DNA of 64,000 nucleotides from Sumerlaeia bacterium. Its GTDB lineage: Bacteria; Sumerlaeota; Sumerlaeia; SLMS01; JAHLLQ01. Each line of letters starts with the position of its first letter. The stretch's first letter is position 1. The stretch is taken from assembly GCA_040219255.1 (NCBI GenBank), contig JAVJSW010000030.1, positions 1-64,000 on the forward strand, in the 5' to 3' direction. The position numbers and the translations under genes are program-made. A model generated the notes under the pieces. The model did not search any database. It saw only the letters and a list, made by a program, of their open reading frames with translations, and was not told the origin of the DNA. Below, piece after piece: positions 1 through 7,236 of the stretch.

Positions 1-297
1 ATCGGCGGCGACAAAGGATACCACGGCCGCGACATCCGCCGGCGCATCACCGAGCGCGGAACGAAACCGCTCATCCCCCAACGCAAGGGCCGCAACGGAG
101 AATACCCAGAGCCGGAACGCTCCTTCGACAAGGTTCTATACTGGCGCCGAAACGTTATCGAGCGCCGCAACGGACACCTCAAAGCGAACCGCCGCATCGC
201 AACCAGGTACGAAAAGCTGGGCGCCAATTTCGTCGCCATGATTCAGCTCGCATTCGTCCTCACTTTCCTCAAAATCCTTTTGTCAGACAAAGCCTAG
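1..297 (+). mobile_element. IS5-family transposase, C-terminal part, and right end of the element (truncated by window edge)
   Basis: Frame 1 reads GGDKGY...LYWRRNVIERRNGHLKANRRIATRYEKLGANFVAMIQLA, typical of IS5 DDE transposases. The TAG stop (295-297) lies inside a CTAG tetramer (294-297), a common IS5 target. Confidence 0.9.
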
Positions 298-378
298 GGT
301 CTCTTTAAGCTTTTCGATGTCGTCGAGTCCGTGGATGATTTCCCACTTGCCGTCTTCCGGCCGATAGTCCCTCACCAT
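295..378 (-). pseudogene. 5' fragment of a gene coupled to the antitoxin (candidate toxin), interrupted by the IS
   Basis: ATG at 378 overlaps the antitoxin stop (CCATGGTGA) and reads MVRDYRPEDGKWEIIHGLDDIEKLKETL up to the CTAG/IS junction. Confidence 0.5.
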
Positions 379-965
379 GGAGAAAGGGCAGACTCTTCAA
401 GGTCTTGAAGCGCTTTCTTCTCCTCATCGGAGAACGGAGCCGCCAGCCAGTCGTCTTCCTCTTCATCGAGAAGCTGCTGCATCGCGATGGTCATGTCGAT
501 GATGGCGGCGCCCCGTTGCGGAGGATTGCCGCCGAGGCCTTCTTTCCACGCCATCTCCCATCCCAGATTGAGATGGGAATAGTCGGAAGCTTCCTGCGAT
601 GTCATGGCGGCAAACTTCTTGCCCAAACGCCTGGCAAGGTCTCTTTGCTCCACACTGAGCGAAGTTTCCTCTGCCTCGTGGAGCAGCTTGATGGGCTTGG
701 CGCGGCCGTCCGATTCTTGCGTTGCGATGCCGTGCTTCGCCAATTTCTTGACGAGCTTTCTCTCGTACTCGCCCAAAACCGGACCGTGTTCCAGCGCAAC
801 GTAGCGGTGCTCGGTAAAGACCTGTCCGTCCTCCATCAGGCAATGGAGATCGAAGTAAAACAGGGCCTTGTTCAAGAGGACGATGTTCAAGCAACCGCCG
901 GAACCAGCCAGGATGGCGGAGGCTACATCCAGCAGCTTGCTGGTCTTGGGGTTTTCATCGCGCAT
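372..965 (-). CDS. Panacea domain (DUF4065/SocA-like) antitoxin
   Basis: LNKALFYFD...G..FT...Y.ALEHGPV and S.YSH...W motifs match the Panacea/DUF4065 pattern. Confidence 0.75.
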   Translation of the reverse strand: MRDENPKTSKLLDVASAILAGSGGCLNIVLLNKALFYFDLHCLMEDGQVFTEHRYVALEHGPVLGEYERKLVKKLAKHGIATQESDGRAKPIKLLHEAEETSLSVEQRDLARRLGKKFAAMTSQEASDYSHLNLGWEMAWKEGLGGNPPQRGAAIIDMTIAMQQLLDEEEDDWLAAPFSDEEKKALQDLEESALSPW

Positions 966-1019
966 GCTGTCATCCTCACTTTCCTTGATTGTAGGTTCGG
1001 GGCCGAATCTCGCCCCCGC

Positions 1020-1793
1020 TTACATACTCCGCTCCAACTCGGGCCCGGCGCCGCCGGGGCGTTCGCGTTCGCGCATTTCCGTTTCCGCCAGCATCTCGGC
1101 GAATTCCTTCTCGGCGTCGGTACTCATGCCCGCGGCCAGGATTTCCTGCTCCACGTTCACGTTGTCCACACCGGCCAGTTCGTCGCTGAGCTTGGCGCGG
1201 GCTTTGGCTTTCTGGCGGGTTTTCTCGATGGCCTGGATGTTTTCGTCCGAGAGGCTCGTCGAGAGATTCGCCATGCGATCGTTGAGTTCGACGATCTGCT
1301 TGCTGCTGACGATGTCGGCGATGGATTCCGCTTCCTTGCGGTCCAGTTCGGAAATCTGCTTCTGCATTTCTTGCAGCTTCAGCTTGTAGCGATCGACCTG
1401 CTTTTCCAGGTCCTGCGTTTCCTGGGCTAACTGATCCAGGCGCGTTTCCACCTCGCCGAGGCGCGTGTGGGCGGCCTGGAAAGCCTGCTGGTACTTGGGC
1501 TCGCGGGTGGCTTTGAAGCGTTCGACAGCGCCCCGCTTCTTGATTTCCAGCTCTTCCTGCTCTTTTTCCAGGCGAACGATTTCCGAGCGTTTTTGCTCCA
1601 TGACCATCATGAGCTGACTGACGGCGTCGCGCACTTCGTGGTACTGCTTCGTCCACTTGTCGCGAGTGACTTTGAAAGCCGCCTTGATGCCCTTCGGTGT
1701 GGTGGTCAGGGCGTCACTGCCCTCGTCCACGCTGGTGCTGATGAGGCCGCCGAGCGTGGTGATGAAGCGGATGACAGAGCTGACAATGCCCAT
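1020..1793 (-). CDS. PspA/IM30-like coiled-coil protein
   Basis: 257 aa; amphipathic N-terminus MGIVSSVIRFI, long heptad helices, KAKARAKL motif, acidic tail. Confidence 0.65.
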   Translation of the reverse strand: MGIVSSVIRFITTLGGLISTSVDEGSDALTTTPKGIKAAFKVTRDKWTKQYHEVRDAVSQLMMVMEQKRSEIVRLEKEQEELEIKKRGAVERFKATREPKYQQAFQAAHTRLGEVETRLDQLAQETQDLEKQVDRYKLKLQEMQKQISELDRKEAESIADIVSSKQIVELNDRMANLSTSLSDENIQAIEKTRQKAKARAKLSDELAGVDNVNVEQEILAAGMSTDAEKEFAEMLAETEMRERERPGGAGPELERSM

Positions 1794-1917
1794 GATGTGA
1801 GGCCTTTCGGAAAAATCGCGACGATTCGAGGTGCAACGTCTCGCCAGGCGCGATTTGGGTCAAGGGAACTCCCCCGCGCGCGCTACGGCTTGAGACAACT
1901 CCATCGCCTCGCGAGTT

Positions 1918-3063
1918 TCATACGCGCCGGGCCCGCCCCGTATTCAACGCCTCCGGCGGCAAAATCGCCCGCGCCCGCTCCCACACCTCCAGCACCCCCA
2001 CGGCGTGGGTGCAGGGCGCCTCGGCGATCAGGCAGCGATCTTCTCGCCAGCACTCGGGATGACGCAGCGAGCGCGGCCGGCGGTGCGGGCAGCCGTCCTC
2101 CGGCGGGCCCGCCGAGGCGTTCCGCGCTCCCGGCGGCAGGTAGACAGCGGGATCCGTGGGGCCGTAGATGCCCACGACGGGCGTTCCGAGGGCGGCGGCG
2201 AGGTGCAGCAGGCCGGTATCGGCGCCGATGACGAGGGCGGCGGCGGCGAGGTAGAAGCGCGCATCGCGCTTGTTGGCGAAGATTTTGTCTTCCCAGAGGA
2301 TTCTATTGAAGATCACCCGACCTCTTAGCGGGTAAGGGTAGCCCCACTTGCTAAGCAAGTACGGAAAGTCTTCGGGGCTGTTTCCTGCCATTAGGAAGAC
2401 ACTACAGTTCGTCTCGCGAAGGATTATCGCGATCAAGGTCGACCACTTATTCTCCGGCCACGCCTTGATTCCACGACCACATTTTGGCAGAATCACTAGA
2501 TAAGGCTGCAAGCCCAGCCATTCGCTGGAGTGAACGTCGCCCATGTACCAAAAGGAGCGCTCCCGCTCGGGTACGCTGAAATCTCCCGCATTTACCTCCA
2601 ACCCCCAGCCCGCCCGCGCCGCCGCCGCGATGGCTTCCACGCCGTTGGCTCCGTGGGCGAGGGCCGCTTCCTCCGCGGCGCGGTCCTCGTCCAGCCGCGC
2701 GAGCCCAGGGCGCCTCCGCACCGCCACGCGGAGCGGATAGGGCGCGTTGTTGCCGTTGGCGATCAGGTCGAAGGCCTCCTCGTCCAGCCACCGCCCCAGC
2801 CGCTCGTAGTCTTCTTCGGTCCCCAGAACGTCGAACTCCGCAATGCCGAGGTCTTCGCGAACGGCAACGGCGCCGATGCGGGCGTCGAACGCGAACAGCT
2901 CCGCCGCCCGGCGCCCCGCCAGCAACGTCACCTCCGCCCCCGGAAACGCCCGCGCCAGCGCCTCCAACAGCGGCGTCTCCATCACCAGATCCCCAATGCC
3001 GGGGCGGGCGCAGAAGAGAATGCGGCGGGGTGGGGTGGAGTCAGCCGGGAAGTCGGTAGCCAT
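1918..3063 (-). CDS. Glycosyltransferase family 9 (heptosyltransferase-like)
   Basis: GIGDLVMETP, IKAWP and DTGLLHLAAALGTPVVGIYGPT motifs. Confidence 0.9.
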   Translation of the reverse strand: MATDFPADSTPPRRILFCARPGIGDLVMETPLLEALARAFPGAEVTLLAGRRAAELFAFDARIGAVAVREDLGIAEFDVLGTEEDYERLGRWLDEEAFDLIANGNNAPYPLRVAVRRRPGLARLDEDRAAEEAALAHGANGVEAIAAAARAGWGLEVNAGDFSVPERERSFWYMGDVHSSEWLGLQPYLVILPKCGRGIKAWPENKWSTLIAIILRETNCSVFLMAGNSPEDFPYLLSKWGYPYPLRGRVIFNRILWEDKIFANKRDARFYLAAAALVIGADTGLLHLAAALGTPVVGIYGPTDPAVYLPPGARNASAGPPEDGCPHRRPRSLRHPECWREDRCLIAEAPCTHAVGVLEVWERARAILPPEALNTGRARRV

Positions 3064-3269
3064 GGGGCGGAATCATTGCTTTCTCCGCCCCGGCGGCGCT
3101 AGCCTGAGTTGTGACGGCTGCGCGCCCAGAACAACTGATGACACCCAAGTGGGACTTGTAAGGTTCTAATTGGAGTTGAATTGCTCCAAAGATTTTCTAA
3201 CATGAGGGACACAATCCCCAAGGCCCGCCAACCCGCCAAGCGGTGGCGGCGTCGGAAAGCCCTCACGCT

Positions 3270-3941
3270 ATGTCCAATCGTTTCAAGGTTTCCGCCTTCA
3301 CCCTGATCGAGCTGCTGATCGTCGTGGCGATTATCGCGATCCTGGCGGCGATTGCCGTGCCCAACTTTCTCGAGGCTCAGGTGCGGTCCAAAGCATCCCG
3401 CGTGAAGGCCGACATGCGCAGCATCGCCACGGCGATCGAGTCCTATGCCGTCGATTGGAACAAGTACCCGATCACGTCTCAATGGGTCGATGGCCCGGGG
3501 GCGCCGCCGAATAACTTCAACAACCGCCTGCGGGGCATCACGACGCCGGTGGCGTACATGACGTCGCTGCCCAAGGATGTGTTCTGGAATCAGGAAGCGA
3601 CCTTCCCCATCACGCCGGGCACGGAGCCGACGTTCGAGTATTCGGATTACTCCACCGCCGTCATCGGCCAGAACTTTCCCGGGCTGCCGAGCTACAACCT
3701 GTTTGGCGACCGCGTCGCGATGAACGACTACTACGGCCGCAAAGGGGTGGTGAATTGGGCGCTGAACAGCGCCGGCCCCGACCGCATCAACGATTTCCAG
3801 TTCAACCCGGACGCTCCACTGGCCAAGCCGGTGGGGCGTCTGTCGGCGTTTACGGATGGCACGAACCGGACCTACGATCCCACCAACGGCACGATTTCCA
3901 TCGGCGATATTTCGAGGACGAACGCGGATCAGCGGGGGTAG
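3270..3941 (+). CDS. Prepilin-type N-terminal cleavage/methylation domain protein (pilin/pseudopilin-like)
   Basis: SA|FTLIELLIVVAIIAILAAIAVPNF class III signal; SAGPD and YDPTNGTISIGDI C-terminal motifs; ATG at 3270. Confidence 0.9.
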   Translation: MSNRFKVSAFTLIELLIVVAIIAILAAIAVPNFLEAQVRSKASRVKADMRSIATAIESYAVDWNKYPITSQWVDGPGAPPNNFNNRLRGITTPVAYMTSLPKDVFWNQEATFPITPGTEPTFEYSDYSTAVIGQNFPGLPSYNLFGDRVAMNDYYGRKGVVNWALNSAGPDRINDFQFNPDAPLAKPVGRLSAFTDGTNRTYDPTNGTISIGDISRTNADQRG

Positions 3942-3964
3942 AGGGGGAGTTTTTGATTCTTTTG

Positions 3965-4061
3965 AATTCACCACAGAGACACCGAGGGCACAGAGGTGTG
4001 GATGGTGAGGGATTCTAGAATTGGCCGCCCCCATCAGCGTTCATCCGCGTCATCTGTGGCC
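3965..4061. repeat. Periodic intergenic repeat copies in opposite orientation
   Basis: Plus strand 3965-3996 AATTCACCACAGAGACACCGAGGGCACAGAGG; minus strand 4033-4061 GGCCACAGATGACGCGGATGAACGCTGAT. Confidence 0.6.
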
Positions 4062-4177
4062 ATTTTTCTTTTCTTCGTGCCTTGTACGTTCCGCCTTCTT
4101 GGACACTCGGGCAGTTTTTACAGGGCCCGCCCTTCGGCGCTTGCGCCCGCTCCGCGGGCCGCCTGCCATAGCTGGCC

Positions 4178-5740
4178 ATGAAGCCAAACGCCCCCTTCGA
4201 ACCCAAGGTCATTCCCCTCAGCATCCTGCTCCTGGCGATCATCACCGGGGCGTGCGGGTTTTTCGCGGCCATCAGCATCGGATTTGTCCCCACCGACCCA
4301 GAGATCACCTATCGCGCGGCGGGGCGGTTGCGGGGGTTTTTGGCGTTTGGGATGCCGGTGTGGACGCTGGCGTGGGCGGGGTTGGCGTGGTTGTGGTGGG
4401 GGAGGGCGCTGCGATGGCGCGGGGGCGGGGCGGAGCGCTGGCTTGTGGTCTGGGCGGGGGCGCTGATCTTGGGCGCGAGCCTTTGTCCGCCGATGCTGTC
4501 CGACGACGCTTATCGCTACGCTTGGGAGGGACTGGTGGTGCTGTCGGGCGAGAACCCCTACGCCCTCGCGCCCGCCGACCCGGCGCTGGCTGGACTGGCG
4601 GCGCTCCACCCAGATATTTTTCCTCACATCAACCACCCGGAATTTTCCGCCATTTACCCGCCGCTGGCCCAGGCGGTCTTTGCCGTGGGCGCGTTGGCGC
4701 CGTTCGAACTGGTGGCGATCAAGGTCCTCCTGGCGCTCGTTGTGCTCGCCAGCCTGGGCCTGTTCTGGCGCCTGCTGGAGGCGCGGGGCCTGGCGTCGGG
4801 GCGGGTGCTGGTGCTGGCGGCGCATCCGCTGGTGCTGCTCGAGGGCGCCTTCACGGCCCACGTGGATGTGCTGTTGATGGCGGGGGGATTGCTGGCGGCG
4901 TGGGCGCTGGCGAGGCCGGAAGGCGACCCGCCCCGCCGCTGGGCGCTTGCCGCCTGCGGGCTGGCCATAGCGGTCCTCAGCAAACTCGCCCCCCTCGTCC
5001 TGCTGCCGCACCTGCTCCGGCACCTCGCGGGCTGGAGAGCGCGGGCCCTGGCCGCCGTGGCGACCGGCGCCCTCGTGCTGCTGTTCTACCTGCCGTTCCT
5101 TGGGCCGGGATTGTTCCAATCCTTCGACACGTACAACAAGGTCTGGGAATTCAACGGCGCGGCCTATCCGGCGCTGGTGGCCGGCTGGGAGGCGGTGTCG
5201 CCCGGCGGTGATCGGATCGTGGCCGGGATCGACGCGGCGGGCCGCATCGTGGGCGTCGATGGCCTGAGCACCCGCCTGCGCGCCGCCAAGCACGCCGACC
5301 CTGTCTATCCGCCCAAGCTGGCGGCCCGCCTGACCGCTGCCGGCCTCTTTGGTGTCGCATGGTTGGCAGCGTTCGCGGCGCGCGGGCCGCGGTTCGAGGA
5401 GCGTTGGCTGTGGGTTGTCGGAGCCGGGCTGGTGCTCTCGCCGGTGGTGCATCCGTGGTATTTGCTGAGCCTGCTGCCGTTCGCGCTGCTGGGCGGGTCG
5501 CGGGCGGGATGGGCGGCGCTGGCCTGGGCCACCGCCGCGCCGTGGACCTATGCGGTGTTGCCGCAGTGGTGGACGGAAGGCGTGTGGGCGCTGCCGGGGT
5601 GGGTGTTGGCGTTGGAGTACGGAGCCGTGGCCGTGGCCTTTGGCGCCGCGTGGGTGGCGGGGCGACGGGCGGGCGTACCTAGCGAGCCATCCAACCCGCC
5701 GGACCGTCCGGCCCCGGAGTCGGCGTCGGAGTCGCCGTAG
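4178..5740 (+). CDS. GT-C membrane glycosyltransferase (GT87/DUF2029-like)
   Basis: SDDAYRYAWEG, IYPP and HPWY motifs; many transmembrane segments. Confidence 0.75.
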   Translation: MKPNAPFEPKVIPLSILLLAIITGACGFFAAISIGFVPTDPEITYRAAGRLRGFLAFGMPVWTLAWAGLAWLWWGRALRWRGGGAERWLVVWAGALILGASLCPPMLSDDAYRYAWEGLVVLSGENPYALAPADPALAGLAALHPDIFPHINHPEFSAIYPPLAQAVFAVGALAPFELVAIKVLLALVVLASLGLFWRLLEARGLASGRVLVLAAHPLVLLEGAFTAHVDVLLMAGGLLAAWALARPEGDPPRRWALAACGLAIAVLSKLAPLVLLPHLLRHLAGWRARALAAVATGALVLLFYLPFLGPGLFQSFDTYNKVWEFNGAAYPALVAGWEAVSPGGDRIVAGIDAAGRIVGVDGLSTRLRAAKHADPVYPPKLAARLTAAGLFGVAWLAAFAARGPRFEERWLWVVGAGLVLSPVVHPWYLLSLLPFALLGGSRAGWAALAWATAAPWTYAVLPQWWTEGVWALPGWVLALEYGAVAVAFGAAWVAGRRAGVPSEPSNPPDRPAPESASESP

Positions 5741-7094
5741 CCGTGCCAGTAGGCGTGGGCGTCGGGGTCGCGGTTGCCGTGGCTGTCGGGGATGGTGTCG
5801 GAGTTGCAGTAGGAGTCGGAGTCACCGTGCCGGTCGGCGTGGGCGTGGCTGTCGCCGTGGGACTGGGTGTGGGCGTGGGCGTACCGCCGCCGGGTTGATA
5901 GGCTCCCACGACCACTTCGAGAACCCCGCCGGCGCCGTTCTGGAGGCCGATCAGGTCGGGCGACGACGAACCGCCCGCGTCGAACGCCATGGTGAACAGG
6001 AGGCTTTCGCGCCCTGCGAACTGCAAGGTGTTGAAGGTTCCGTTGCCCAGGCTCTCGTAAATGGTGGAGCGGGGCGGGGTTTCTCCGAAACCGATCAAGT
6101 CGTCGTCGCCGTCGCCGTCGAGGTCTTCCGGGTAGAGGATAAACTGGGCGCCGAAGTCGACGGGGTAGGTCTGGGCGGCGGAGAAGGAGCCATCGTTGCC
6201 CTGACGATAGGCCGCGTAGCTGGTGGTGAAGGTCATCTGATCGATGAAGAACGTCACGAGGTCGTCGGGTCCGCCGCCTTCGAGGTCCGCGGGGAAAAAG
6301 GGAAAGAGGCTGGGGAAGGTGACGAAGGAATTTTCCTGGGCGATGAGGGTGAAATCGTTCCAGGACGAGCCGCCAAAGGACCGCACGAGGATTTCGGTGC
6401 TGAATTGGGTCTGCATGGTGATGGGGTCTTGCACGGCGCTGACAAAGACGTGAGCGATGCGGTCGCCGATACCCGGGGCGCCAGGAATGCGGGTCAGGCT
6501 GGGGGCCGTCAGGGGGATGGCCTGCTGGGCAAAGGTCCCGCCGCCGGTGCCGAGCAGGGTGACGTAGTTCTGGGAGTCGCTCGACGCCATCACATCCATG
6601 GTGCCGTCGCCGTTGGCATCCAGCGGCACGAGAAACGGGGTGTTGCCCGGGTTGCTGGGGACAAAGACGGTCCGCGTCCCGGTGCCGAACCCGCCGGCGC
6701 CATCGGACGACACCCAGCTAAAGCCCCACTGGCCGGATTCGAAGACCGGCATAAGAATCAAATCGTCGCCCGCCGACCCATCGATCGCGGTGGGCAAACC
6801 GGTGGGCTGGGCCGGAATTGTTGATGTGATGGGCGCGGCAAAGGAAAAGGCCCCCGTCCGCAGCATCACATGGACGTCTGTGGCGCCGTCCGACTGGTTG
6901 TTGAAGACCATCAGGTCCATCTGGCCATCGCCGTTGAAATCGCCAAAAGACGAACCGACCACGCCATCGAGCACGGTGCCGAGGTTCAATCCCGTGGCGA
7001 TGGGGGGCTGGAGGACGTAATCGGTGGGCGAGAGGGCCAGGGCGGGCGAAACGGCGAGGGCGGAGAGGAAGAAGACGGAGAGCGGCAATCGCAT
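5679..7094 (-). CDS. Secreted FG-GAP/VCBS-repeat protein with Pro/Thr linker and GWMAR tail
   Basis: Signal peptide MRLPLSVFFLSALAVSPALA; DFNGDGQMDL, DANGDGTMDV and DLDGDGDDDL repeats; PTPT linker; ends PAGWMAR. Confidence 0.85.
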   Translation of the reverse strand: MRLPLSVFFLSALAVSPALALSPTDYVLQPPIATGLNLGTVLDGVVGSSFGDFNGDGQMDLMVFNNQSDGATDVHVMLRTGAFSFAAPITSTIPAQPTGLPTAIDGSAGDDLILMPVFESGQWGFSWVSSDGAGGFGTGTRTVFVPSNPGNTPFLVPLDANGDGTMDVMASSDSQNYVTLLGTGGGTFAQQAIPLTAPSLTRIPGAPGIGDRIAHVFVSAVQDPITMQTQFSTEILVRSFGGSSWNDFTLIAQENSFVTFPSLFPFFPADLEGGGPDDLVTFFIDQMTFTTSYAAYRQGNDGSFSAAQTYPVDFGAQFILYPEDLDGDGDDDLIGFGETPPRSTIYESLGNGTFNTLQFAGRESLLFTMAFDAGGSSSPDLIGLQNGAGGVLEVVVGAYQPGGGTPTPTPSPTATATPTPTGTVTPTPTATPTPSPTATATATPTPTPTGTATATPTPTPGPDGPAGWMAR

Positions 7095-7119
7095 CTTATG
7101 GGCATTCCTGAAAGAAAGT

Positions 7120-7150
7120 GATACGCCCCCAGATTTCCTGGGGGCGTATC
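7120..7150. promoter_or_regulatory. Perfect 13-bp inverted repeat upstream of the FG-GAP gene (5' UTR hairpin, operator or terminator)
   Basis: GATACGCCCCCAG-ATTTC-CTGGGGGCGTATC. Confidence 0.5.
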
Positions 7151-7236
7151 GCCTGCGGCAACTCGAAAGCGGGGCGGTGAATATTTTATTCGAGTGCGAA
7201 AAAAAGAGTGCGGGGCGGAGAGGGCTAGCTGAATTC

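Noticed and set aside
3171-3185. Sigma-54 promoter upstream of the pilin (TGGAGTTGAATTGC)
   Set aside because: GG-to-GC spacing is 9 nt rather than the required 10.
5679-5740. Convergent gene overlap as a regulatory feature
   Set aside because: The overlapping tail of the glycosyltransferase is low-complexity and most simply a stop-codon drift.
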